Positions 52,036-63,996 of a stretch of DNA of 64,000 bases are shown in pieces. Position 1 is the stretch's first letter; each line of letters opens with the position of its first letter. The notes beneath the pieces are model-generated. The model had not been told where the DNA came from. It searched no databases and was given only the letters and a program-made list of their open reading frames with translations. The DNA comes from Amphiscolops sp. MND2022 (taxonomy: Eukaryota). The stretch is from positions 39,928,001 through 39,992,000 of the forward strand of contig OZ076414.1 of NCBI GenBank assembly GCA_964187785.1, in the 5' to 3' direction. Position numbers and translations under genes: made by a program.

Positions 52036-53076
52036 ATGCCTGAGAGATCATCTAAAAGAAAAGCAAGAAGAGATTCTGAATCTAGTTCACTAAATGAAAC
52101 TGAGACCGCTAGTCAAAGGACTGAAAACGTGCTTAGCTTTCCTGACCGAGACTTCTCTGAAATATCAGAAAAGATTGAAAAATCCGTCAGTAAAAGGATA
52201 AAAGATACCGAGATTGGACAAAGAGAAATCCTCAAGTTGATTAAAAATCTATCCTCAAAAATAGATTCATTGTCCGGTCAAACGCCCAGGACCGAAAATT
52301 CAGAAGTAGATCATGTAGATATTGAAAATCAAGCTTCAACATCCAGGTCAACTGTGATAAACGAGTTGCCCCCATTAGAGGGTCAACACATGGTGACAGT
52401 TGTATTCCCCCAAACAGAAATACCGCCCCGGTTATCGAGCCTGCAGCCTCCCAACCAAAAATATCCGCACCACATAGTCGACAAATTGCTTGAATCACTC
52501 CAAAATGTTACCCAAGAGAACATCGGACTTCCCAGATTGCCGAAGGCATTGTCAACAACTGTGCCTACATTCAACGGACGGAATGACAAATTCGAGCATT
52601 TCGACGACCTCTTCATGACAAGCCTCAAAGTGTACCGTAGCATCTCTGAGGAAGAACAAATTCATTACTTCCACTCCCTACTCAGGGACGATGCCCTTCA
52701 AACCTACCGCAATATGACCGACAGAAACCGTGCCAGCCTGGAAGACATCGTTGCAACATTCCGACGTCTGTATGTACGACCCCAATCCATTGCAACAGCC
52801 GCTGCAAATGTGAGCAACAAGCCCCAAATCCTCCCAAACTGTCAGGCCCATGCTATGGATGCGGACAAACTGGCCACGTTGTCAAGAATTGCCAGAAAAC
52901 AGCCCGCAAAGCTCGCAATAGAGGCAACAGAGTACCCAACAAAATTGTCGAACCACACAACACAAGACTGCTACTCGGGTGCCGGTTGGGCAAATAGACC
53001 ACAGTGGTGGAAAACCCCAAGACTACGTCCCCAAACAACAATCCGATACCACCACAACCACAAGGTCAGTACGTAA
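52036..53076 (+). pseudogene. gag: Gypsy B gag (N-terminal coiled-coil extension; C-terminal part apparently deleted)
   Basis: PTFNGRNDKFEHFDDLF...IHYFHSLLRDDALQTY...FRRLYVRPQSIATA matches the gag of element A. Similarity to A is lost abruptly after ATA. Confidence 0.85.
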
Positions 53077-53970
53077 AAGATAACTTACAAGCGACCCAAC
53101 CTCAATACCACCACCAGGCAACCGGCCAAATGGGTTATCTACCCCCTGTCCAAATGACAGCTCAAACCCAAATCCAACCCCAAGATCAAACTCATCCAAA
53201 AAACTAGCTTTGCCACATCTTCAGTTTGGGGAAATTGTCGAAATTCGACATCTCGCAACATCTAAACCCCCAAACACATACGATCACGAGGAACATAAAA
53301 AGCGCCGTGAACAACGATCTTTCGACTGGCAGCGCAGATGGCAAATTCACAAGCTCCACAAATACAACCGCCAAACAACGACCAAAAACGACTACCCGCA
53401 ATGGCACCTTGATAATCCGACGACCGACTATAAAACTCAAAAACGACCCTTACCAGAAAGTACCTCTCACGAAACCTACATTCACGACCCCTACTTCAAC
53501 TGTGACCCCTGCCACAATCCCCAACTCTACGACAAAGTGACCTTAGCCTTCAAACAGCGAGAGTGCACGCCAATCGAGGAGTACATCAAGAAAACCGGAA
53601 TGAACATCTCAACGGAACCACGTCGCAGACCAAAAACAGTCCAACCTGTCCCAGACTATGACAAGGACACGGAACGAGTGACAGAAACACTAGTCGATAA
53701 TATGAACAGCAAGGCCAAATCCATACTCAAAAACCATGGATCCCATACCACGGCTCCAGAATCACCATCGAAAGATCAACCATTAAACCCCATCAGAGCC
53801 GGAACCATACGGTCTCCAACAATGAACGTGGCATCCGACTGCCTCTTACATGAAAATCTCACCGGCAGGACCACGACTGAAGCCGTGGACCCAACACAAC
53901 CCACAATCAACACAGAGGCAACCATCTCCAAACCGAAAACAAAAAGAATAAAAGGTCTCTACTCTTAGAG

Positions 53971-54370
53971 CCCCCCTCCCAGATCAGCCAGTCCGAAAAT
54001 GAGGTCGAGGACTCCCGACCCATTACGACTGACGTAACTAACTTGCAGCCTGAATCCTCATCAGGTGTTGCAAACGACCGACCTCAACAGGAAGAAGCTT
54101 GGTCCTACCCCGCAGACCAGACTGCAGAATACCCGAGCCAAAATCATCTAGACAAAGGGACATTAACCCCTCTCTCCTCTCACATCAGGCAGTCCGGAAA
54201 TGAGGTCGAGAACCCTCCACCCATCATGATTGCCGCAACTAACATGTAATGTGAATCCCCCTCAGGTGCTGTAAACGACACACCAACACAGGACGAACCC
54301 CAGTCCTACCCCATTGCTCAGATTGCAGAATACCTCACCAAAGACCCTGTAACTAAAGAAGAAAGCATCT
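53971..54370 (+). repeat. Two diverged 201-bp (67-codon) tandem units upstream of the protease
   Basis: aatgaggtcgag at 53998 and 54199; cctacccc...gcagaatacc in both units. Confidence 0.85.
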
Positions 54371-54406
54371 CAATCTTCTCAGCGTGGACACTCAAAAAAA
54401 AAGAAA

Positions 54407-57400
54407 ATGCAATTCGCCCCAATGGAATTCCAGGACCTGACCCTGGACGCACTCATTGATTCCGGTGCTTTTGTCAACTGTATGTCCGAAACTGACTATA
54501 ACAAAATCCTCCAAATATCTCCCAAAGACATAGTCTAAAAACTGGAACCACCCCTTTCAAACTTCAAGTCGCAAATGGCGACATCGAAACCCCCACCAAA
54601 ACGACAATCCTCCAATTCGAAATCGGGGACTAGAACTTTGAGGAAACGTTTATCGTCGCCAAACGTCTCACATGCCCAATACTCCGCCTCACATTTCTCA
54701 AAAAAAAACAGCGCTATCCTGGACGTGAGTCAGAGCCTGCTAAACTTCCCCCACCTAACATGTTCGATTGAAACCGGTGAATATACCCGCACAGGAAGCT
54801 ATGCAAAGTCCAAGGAAAGAGCCCACTCACCATCCCACCTGAGACAACGCAGACAATTACCGCCTACACGGATATATCATCCACCATCGACACAACCGGT
54901 GTCATCAACCCAGCTACCAACCATTGCAGCGGTGACCCCCTGGTGGTTGCTAGCTCAATATCAACGGCCTCAAACCGAATAATTGATGTCAGGGTGACCA
55001 ACACTACCCCCACGCCCTACACCATCAAAAAGAATACAACAGTTGCAGAGTTCGAAATCATGTCACCAGAAGAAGCAAAAGAACTCAAACCACTCAATAC
55101 CGCAGCACTTAAAGTTCTCACTGAGGACCATTCAGAAGACGCAATAATATACATCAACGAACTTCTGAAAACTTCCGATAAACCGTCCGGTAATCACAAT
55201 TTCTGGTTCCCCACATCAGACAATCCCGGAGATCCTAATACCCACACTCCGATCCAAAGCCGAATTTTGAGAGAAATTAAAGAACTGGAGGAGATCGAGA
55301 AACTCAACCCAAACAACAGTGCCAAAGAACGAGAAGCATTCCTTCAAAATTTCAAATGGGACGATTCGCAACTTTCAGAAAAATTTCAAGACATTGGAGA
55401 AATAATAATAATAGAATTCAATGATATCTTGGAAAGGCACCGACTGGTCATTGGAATCAACCACAATTTCAAAATTTAACTCACGGCGAAAACTGACGAA
55501 CCAGTCTACTAACAGAGCCTGCCTTGCCCCATCAACCTAAACGGGGATCTGACAGTTGAACTGGCCTTAATGCACTACTTTGGGATCATAACAACCCTCC
55601 CGTTCAGCAAGTATGCCAGCCCAATCTTCAATCAGCGCAAGTCGAACGGCCGACTGCGCCTCCTAGTAGACCTCAGAAAGATCAATAACCTGATCTTCGA
55701 TGATTACATTAACAATAATCATCCGGTCAGCACGCTAACAGATGCAGCGCAGCACCTCGCCGGCAAGAAGTTGTTTTGTAGGCTTGATTGCTCACAAGCT
55801 TATCACGTACGGCAGATGGCAGTTCAGAATTCAGTCCAACTTCTAGCATTCAACTTCGCCAGCAGGACGTTCGCGTACCTCAGGTTGGCCCAGGGGCCGA
55901 GTCGCTCACTGTCATCGTTCTCAAGCTTCATGAGGGAGTATCTAGACAAGGCCATTAAGGCGGACAAATGTGCCCAATACGTGGATGACATCGGAATTGC
56001 CACAAACACTCCCGAGGAGTTGAAAAACAATTTGAGAGAGGTCTCCCAAAGCATCCGCGCAGCAGGACTCCGGCTCACAATGGCCAAATGTCTGTTCGGC
56101 GACAAGGAAGTCGAATTCCTTGGGTGGACGATCTCCCCATCAGGTGTGGTACACCAGAGTCACAAGATCCAGAAGTACCTACAGACCCTCAAATTCCCCC
56201 CGAACGAAGAAAAGACTTCAAGGATACATCGGATTTGTAAACTATTATAGAAGTTACATTCCCCGATTATCAGAGAAAATTGCTTTTTTTTCATGAGCTC
56301 ATCAAGTCGGACAAACCAGCAAAAATAGACCAAGAACTTATAACCAACTTTGAAGCCATCAACAAGTCGCAAGACAACGCATGTGGGCTTTGGCTCAAAC
56401 AGCCACTGCCAAACCGGCAGTATGCACTATTGACTGATGCCAACTTCAAGAATACAGAATACGCCTTAATGACTGAGGAGGACCCGGAACAGAAAATCAC
56501 TTCTACCAAGAAAACCTATGCTCCAGTGGCATTTGGTTCTCCGTCACAATTGAAAATAACAATTTATGCCAAGGATTTTTTAGCCATCTAATTTGCCTTC
56601 ATGGAGTATAGCTATATCTTGTGGGGCTCCTCCAAGCCAACAATTGTCCTAACGGACAACAATTCAGTCACCAGGTTTCTTCAAATCAAATTGATTCCAC
56701 CCTCCCTTAGGAGCGCCTGGGATATCGCGCTGCATTTTCACTTTAAAATCGCCCATGTACCAGGGAGAATGAACACAGCGGCGGACACTTCCTCTCCCGC
56801 TTGGATATCAGCCCCGGAGAAAAAGTCTTCCTCCAAATCAGAGAAGATATCCAAACAACGCCAATCCAAGTGAGTATCTTTAAGGAGCCATATGACACAC
56901 AAGTTCTAAATGATGACCCCAGGGCAGCAAAATACTTAGCCCAAGAGGACCGAATCATCATCAAAAACGGACTTCTGTACAGACGAATTTTTGGAGATAC
57001 CTGAAAAATGAAATACTCACAAGTGCTGCTCCTTCAACAATTGGTCAACGAATTTATCCAACACCACCATGGCAAATATGGAAAACACCCAGGAATAGCC
57101 AAAACAATCCAACAATGCCGCGAGAAGTAATACTTCCCAGGGCTTGCCGCCAGAAAAGCTAACCACATCTCGCAATGCATGGAAAGCACCAAGACTAAAA
57201 GGACACCCATTAGTACCATTACACCACCGCTGATTGATTTGTCAAAATTAGCAATGGGACCCGAAGACGCACTCGAATTGAACATAGTACCATTTGACGA
57301 CCCATCAGCAAGCTACAGCGCAGTCATTACGGCGATGGACGTTTTCTCCAGATATCTCTTTGCATAAAGCGTTGCTAGAATTGATACCTAAACAGTCACC

Positions 57401-58506
57401 CGGGTTCAAACAGACATCTTCACCAGGCATTGCTACCTACCCACAACAATAACAACATATAAAGGATCCCAATTTATATCAGAAGCAATGCAACAAACCA
57501 CCGCAATCTTGGAAATCCAGCTGAAACACGCTACCACAAAACACGCCCAGACGATAGTCATCCTGGAAAGGACGCATGCCTCCCTAAAAAAGTCTCAAAA
57601 TAATGACGGGAGAAAGACACACAATGTGGCACCATTTCCTACCGATGGCAGTATTGAACTACACTACCTCATACCACACATCCCTGGGATGCGAACCCAG
57701 CAGGGTTTTTTACGGAAGAGTGCTTACAACGTACTCGACTTGAAATACGGACTTGAACCACCACCCACTACTCCAATCAATCACGAAATAGCTGAGGCAG
57801 TGTTGCAACAAACACAACAGATCGTCAACCAGAGTCAGCAGGCATTGATGCAAGCCTATGTTCGTCATTAACGCTATTATGACAGAAAAGCATCAGCACA
57901 TCCACTGGTAGTAAACGACTACCTACTGCTATGCATTACATCCAAAGGCGCATGGCCAAGCGACAAAACTGCCGTTTCGGGAATACTTTTGGACGGGACC
58001 ATATATCGTGGTCAAAACCCTACCCAACAATAATAACCTCATACGAAAACTCCAAACAAACCTCACACAGATCCTGCACAGAATCCGATTACGAACCTTC
58101 GCAAGCAGCCACAAACTGCCTGACATCTCAGTCCCACCTAAAGATTTTCAACGGGATACCGAGGTAGCCATACAACACGACGACCTCTTCGCAATGGCTT
58201 GGCAAGAACTCCACCAAGAACACCCTACCCACCCCGAAAATAGACACCCGAACCCGAACTGATACCGCCAACTCCAGAAACAGACAAGGCTACCACCCAC
58301 CCAGCCCATCGAGCCCCGACTCGATGCACGAACCTGAAAACATCGATAACCACCCAGGAAACCAGGCAGATGACCCAACCCTAGATATTGCCGATGAACC
58401 CGAGGACAATGCACCCGTTCCTAAATCCCCCGAAAAGCTCATTACAATCTTCGAAGAAACCCAGCTTCAAACTGGAAACCAGACTATGCATACTACAACG
58501 CTCTAG
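54407..58506 (+). pseudogene. pol: Gypsy B pol (protease, dUTPase-like linker, RT, RNase H, integrase), frameshifted
   Basis: ALIDSGA; YASPIF..RK.NGRLRLLVDLRKIN; LDCSQAYH; YVDD; LLTDAN; IYAKDFLAI; HPGIAKT; MDVFSRYLFA; ERTHASLKK; tail YNLRRNPASNWKPDYAY, stop 58506. Confidence 0.95.
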
Positions 58507-58932
58507 AAGTCAATTCTGCAGATTTTGCAAATTCGAACAAAAACCTGGACGATGGTTCAGAAATACAAAATTTGGCCCCAGGCCTTGACATGGACGGCAA
58601 TCCTACGGCTAAATTTCAAACCTCCTCAATCTACAATGACTCTCTCTCACACTCGCTTAGTGTACAACTTGGAAGAAAACGATACAGAGGCTAAATACTA
58701 AATTAACTGACCCTGCGGATCATTGAACTGCCTCGATTTTTTTTGCTACTTTGTACCTATCTCCGTACTACCAGAGCATGCCAATTTTTTTCTTTTTTTA
58801 CTAGTGGAACCAACACGCGGAACCGAACTATACGGAAAAAACAAATAATAATTCATCAGAAGCAAAAATTAGAAATACAAATCAAACAAAGTTAACAAGA
58901 AGTTCATCGACACTCATTTCTTCTGAAAGAAT

Positions 58933-61900
58933 TCAACATGACTTTCCTTGACGCGCAGCACGCTTACTTCCTCTTCCCGCCTGAGATGACGAACACGACT
59001 CAGGCTGGCTACAATCAGCAGAGACACGACCAACAGTAGAGCCCGAACACACTGCAGCTCCAGACGACATCCGTGTCCTCCATTCCTCCAACTGCCCAGA
59101 ATAATAGGCAGTGTAGCACTCAAACAAACTACTGTAGATCTCTTCACTGGAATGACGATTCACGACAGCCCATGGATTGAAAAAGCCACAACCCAAAAAT
59201 TGAGGTCCATTCGGCAGATTCAGTTTCAACTCCTCCAGGCATTCTACAGACAGTAAATCAGACGACATGAAATTAGGCTGCATCACAAACAATTGTACAC
59301 CACGGAGACCTGACCGAATCACAGACGGAGGCAAGCTCGTCCCACTAGTGAAAATATCAACAAGGGGCAATGATTTGGGAGCAGGGCAAACGATCACACG
59401 AACCAGTTGCACAACTTGCTTTACATAGGCCCAACACTGGTAACGTTCAATTCCCTCCAAGTAGTTGAATACATCAGAAATCTGTGAGCAATCAACACAC
59501 CGTTGACGTAAATCCACAACCAAAGATTTAAATTCGTTTGTTGCGGCATCCCGCTCCACATCGCCCAGACACCCGGATTCCTGGAGACAGAGGACTAGGT
59601 CCTGGAATAAATCCATGACGTAGTCGGCATCACCACTCAACAGCATGTCGACACTCAAGCAACTGAGCGATCGAGCAACACGGGATTTGGCGTAAGAGCA
59701 CGAACCAAGAACCTTTAAAAATTTTAATAAATATCGTTGACATTCACGGAGGAATGACCGCCGGGACCCTCGTCAAGACCACTCAGTGCCTTCATGAAAC
59801 TGGGTTGTCCTTGCAGACATTCAGAAGCAGTCACATTTGCCGAACTGTTCAATGGCTTGTCAATGTAGTCAGACCAATTGTCGATAGAAGGTGACTGGCT
59901 TATCTTTTTCACCTTACTCATAAAACTCCAATAGAAAAAGCAAAAATCAGTAAAGCTCCTGCTCGTGTAATCTGTAACTCCCGATTCAAACAACTTCTTG
60001 CAATTCGAACGAAAACAGCAAAAGAACGTCCAACAAAGCTAGTCGAGGCAGACCCAAACAGTCTGAACACAGGAGGTAAAGCAGATCTACGACATTGATG
60101 TTTTTCCTCATCAGCAAGACATCGTTCGATAGACACATTTTGACATCAGACCAATTGTCCAGGAGCTCTTGCAATACATCACTCAAGGTCTCAGAAGGAA
60201 CAACCCCAGACTCCAAGCAGAGACGGAATTGTGGCCAATTCAGAAGCCAGGCCTGGTGAAAAATTTTCTTCAAACGTTATGCCAGATAGTCTATGGCTGC
60301 AAAGGGATCCACGGACCCAACACACACCGAACTAGCATCGCGAACTAAACGACGCAGAAGATCGGAGTCAAAGATGGCAGCAACAACAGGCACAGGTTGA
60401 CCGACAGAACGACACCAATCCACATATGCGTTAAATAATACAGGAGGGCAGTTTTGAATAGCAATAGGCCCACGGCGAGTGGACGCCAAGGACAACACGC
60501 AGGATAGACACCGAATTTCTGATTCACAGGAAGCAACTCCAATGTCTTCATCCACGAGACATACTTCCCGCAAAGAGTCATCGGGACAGCATCGGACGGT
60601 AAATCGCACCCCGGAGAATAACGATTGCACTGACAAGCTAAAAGGGCTGTCACCTAGCCATGACTTCATACGACGAAGTACGCGTGGGTACAGGGTCTGA
60701 ACAATCACAACCAAGAATTGCTCCAGGTAACACAGGCATACGACTAGGCAATCGACTAGAAGTGTGGTACGAAGTTGACGCACAGACGGCGAAGAAACGA
60801 ACGTCTGTGAGCCACCACTCCTCAAAAGCTCAAACAAACAACCAACCAGCAAGTATAGTGGGGGCACATTGGACGGGACGCCAACCAATGCATCAACCTC
60901 GTCCTCCACAAAGTTGTTCATTTTAATCAGAGTGACTGGTGGCGTCTTTTTGATCTCAGCTCGCAATTCCAATGACACTTCACTAACAGGGATGGCATCG
61001 AACTTCTCAGTATAGATGAAATCCTCGTGCTCGAACCGGTAACACCGATCCTTTGCGTAATCGCCTCTGCACTTAAAGTGCATCCAAATGCCTCGGGGCC
61101 CACGGGACAGGAAGGACACATCCTTCCGGCACACAGAGCAATTCAAGCCGTTCGGGCTTTTATCATTCCGACGACTGACAAATAGCCTTGGTATCAGGTG
61201 GTTGGTCGTGGCTTTAGTTTATGCCTCTCAGTCTGTTTCTTTGCGCGTTCCTCGTCTCAAGCCAAAAGCCGCTCGTTTTGGAGTTCGACAGGGTCCAAAA
61301 CATGCCCAGGATCACTGGCATCAATCCCTTTCTGTTTCAATAACCGAGACAGCTCTTCATATTTAAAACAGAATATCTTCAATCAATAACCAGATCTATG
61401 ATGCAGCAGACGAACAGGAAAACAGGATGAAGGAATACCTACTTTCAAGAGTTCTAGAAGCAGAAATAGTCAGCGGATCATAATCCTCGCCAGAGCTGTC
61501 CATCGAGGTGGGAGGCCTCGAAATGACCCCTGCAACAACATCAGCCAATCGCACACGCTTAGCTGACCGGACACTGCTCGTTGAAAGCATCCGACTGGAG
61601 CGACTTCTTCTTCTTTTTGTGCTGCGACTTTGTATTGGCGCTTGGACAATAATCTTCATCAAGCTCATCATCATCAGTAACTGCGGAAAGTCGATGTAAA
61701 AAGAACGCGTTCAAACAAAATTAGAAAGAGCCGCCCACCCATTTAAGTTCTAGGAAAGCTTACCTTTCTTGTTCGCCAAGTAATCTATGTCATGACGACC
61801 ATCGCTTGTGGCAGAACGGTAGGACCCACTCTCAGGGCAGCTCTCAACATCCGCTTCAACAATTTCATCTTCTGTGGCATCGTTTTCACCAAATCCGCGT

Positions 61901-62115
61901 CCTGTCGTCTCGGCCACTACGCCTGCAACAGCCTCTCCGTCTTGACTACCAGCAACACTCGCCTCATCACTCTCATCCGTGTCACCACTACCACCCACTC
62001 TCTCCTCTCCACGGATCACTGACTCGACGACTAACTCTACCTCAGCCTCACTCTTCTTTAAGCCGATATCCTGACTTTGACACAACAAGGAATTATCCTC
62101 TTCGGTGGAGCTCAT
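58933..62115 (-). pseudogene. Spliced antisense accessory gene of Gypsy B: acidic N-terminus, basic NLS-like stretch, BED-like zinc finger, putative inactive hAT-transposase-like body (~1000 aa when repaired)
   Basis: ATG 62115 and GT-AG intron 61763-61681. Track ORFs 61750..62115, 61396..61674, 60277..61146, 59986..60273, 59724..59993 and 58933..59658 tile one strand. CSVC-x16-H motif at ~61140-61060. Confidence 0.72.
61681..61763 (-). other. 83-bp GT-AG intron in the antisense gene
   Basis: Donor AAAG|gtaagc, branch-like ttctaat and acceptor ctttttacatcgactttccgcag|TT. Splicing removes the in-frame stop and gives ...NKKVTDDDELDEDY...HKKKKK. Confidence 0.75.
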
Positions 62116-62208
62116 GTCTCAAAACTTTCTGAAAAAGTACTAAAAATGATAACACAATGAAGATGTGGCGTAAAACTAAGGGAAATAATAATATTAGAAG
62201 TTATCTAC

Positions 62209-62215
62209 TATATAA
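62209..62215. promoter_or_regulatory. TATA-like element in the 227-bp divergent intergenic region
   Basis: TATATAA lies between ATG 62115 (minus) and ATG 62343 (plus). Confidence 0.35.
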
Positions 62216-62342
62216 GGAGAGTCGTTCAGTCTGCCAGCTGAACAATTCACAGCTTAACACAAACGGTGAAACAAATTTCCTAAAGCGACAGAAGTCAGTT
62301 GTACTGAAAATTGATTAGTATCCAACTCGCTATTGCAATTCA

Positions 62343-62939
62343 ATGGAGAATACAATTATGAATGATCAAACAAACGACGATGTTTTTATTCTCGACTGAG
62401 ACCTGCCAGCACAGCCAAGCCAAAGGCCCAGTACACCACCACATAAATACAATATATTTATTCCACCGCGGATTTATATTACTTACGAGATTATCAAGAC
62501 GCAAGACCAACATGTGGTCTTAGTTCATGAAGAAACGCCAACCGACACTACAAACGCGGAGAACGAAAACGGAGTCATAAGACGATTCACCCTGGACAAT
62601 CCGGTAAATACTGATGATGCCTTCATAAGCCCAGTCAGACAGTTTGACCAAGGAAATCCGGCCATTCCTGAAGATGGCTTCCATGGTCCCATCAGTTTTT
62701 ACAGCAGCTCGAAGGGATATTACTCTGGCAGCAATTGGGACACAGATTCCTCCTGGAGGTCATACGATTCGATGAGAGACGACCTACCAACGCTATTGGA
62801 GACACCAGTCCGCTTAGACTCCCAATTCTTTCTCCCAGAAGAGACAGTGCAAAGAAGCCGAGGACTGTCACATCCCAAGCTGAGCTGTGAGAATTGCCAC
62901 GAAACAAGCGCAGTCGACGGAGGAGGAAAATGGGAGTAG
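62343..62939 (+). pseudogene. Sense ORF (~198 codons, one premature TGA at 62397) head-to-head with the antisense gene; unknown product
   Basis: ATG 62343 is in frame with track ORF 62514..62939. The product is S/D/T/P-rich and has no recognisable domain. Confidence 0.45.
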
Positions 62940-62974
62940 GATGAAAGAAAGAAACCAGTGAAACAATCAACATA

Positions 62975-63174
62975 NNNNNNNNNNNNNNNNNNNNNNNNNN
63001 NNNNNNNNNNNNNNNNNNNNNNNNNNNNNNNNNNNNNNNNNNNNNNNNNNNNNNNNNNNNNNNNNNNNNNNNNNNNNNNNNNNNNNNNNNNNNNNNNNNN
63101 NNNNNNNNNNNNNNNNNNNNNNNNNNNNNNNNNNNNNNNNNNNNNNNNNNNNNNNNNNNNNNNNNNNNNNNNNN
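62975..63174. other. Assembly gap (200 N)
   Basis: Run of N. Confidence 1.
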
Positions 63175-63996
63175 GGAGGAATTGCGCCCCGTTAAAGTAA
63201 AGCTAGTTAACTGCTTTTGAATAGCAATTAAAATGATGTAGAACGCCAATATTGCGCAAAGTAAACAATACGGCAGTGAGATCAAGACTACACGCATATT
63301 CGTCGTCAATAAGACGCGGACAAGTTTTGAAGGTATACCAAGTGACGTCACTACTTCGTCTATGCATACCAGAAATTCATTCCAATTTTCCGCCTATACT
63401 AACTACCGTGCTAGGAAATCATTCCAATTTATCGCCAATGTGACGTCACGACATAGGCAACTAGCTAGAGATCTGTTTTAGAATACTCGTCAGCAATACG
63501 TCAAACTAGTCACAAATGCGTTGACTAGTCGTTGACAAGTTTATGAAGATGAACAAAAGTGTACATACGAGATTAACTAGATTTTTTCCATCGCCTTTGA
63601 AACACAATTCAGTAAGGAAAAACGATTTCAAGATAGTCCAGGCTTTAAAACGAACGTTCCAATTAGTATTTGCAATTTAAGGAAAAGTCCCGAATAACAA
63701 TTCTCACTTACTATGTGACCTAATTTCCGGCGCCTAATTGTCGTCATATTATTTAGCAATAAATGAGTTAACGCGAATGAATAAACGAAAGTCACAGTTT
63801 ATAACTCTCAGATTGAATGAACAAATGTATTTTAATACGCAGAATATTTTTGTACAATAACATGATAATGCTGTTTGTTGATATTTTTATACTAGTCAAT
63901 TTCATGTGACGTAGTATTAACGCCCTCCTGTGCCCAGAATTTTGCTCGTAACCCAGTTTATCTGTACAAAATCATACATGTCAGTGTGGTATCAGA
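63175..63996 (+). other. Possible LTR of another element ending at PBS-like TGGTATCAGA
   Basis: Non-coding, with two GTGACGTCAC palindromes and ...TGTCA GTG TGGTATCAGA at 63987-63996. The match to the iMet PBS TGGTATCAGAGC breaks after 10 nt. Confidence 0.25.

Larger units (their letters stand above)
50810..62974 (+). mobile_element. Large decayed Ty3/Gypsy element B with antisense accessory gene; 3' end runs into assembly gap
   Basis: gag, protease, dUTPase-like region, RT, RNase H and integrase on plus (52036-58506), then a minus-strand gene and a sense ORF. The 5' boundary is uncertain; the LTR is inferred to end at CA 52389-52390 before PBS-like TGGTGACAG. Confidence 0.88.

Noticed and set aside
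62692-63351. Track ORFs 62692..63351 and 62958..63200
   Set aside because: They are artefacts of translation through the 200-N gap.
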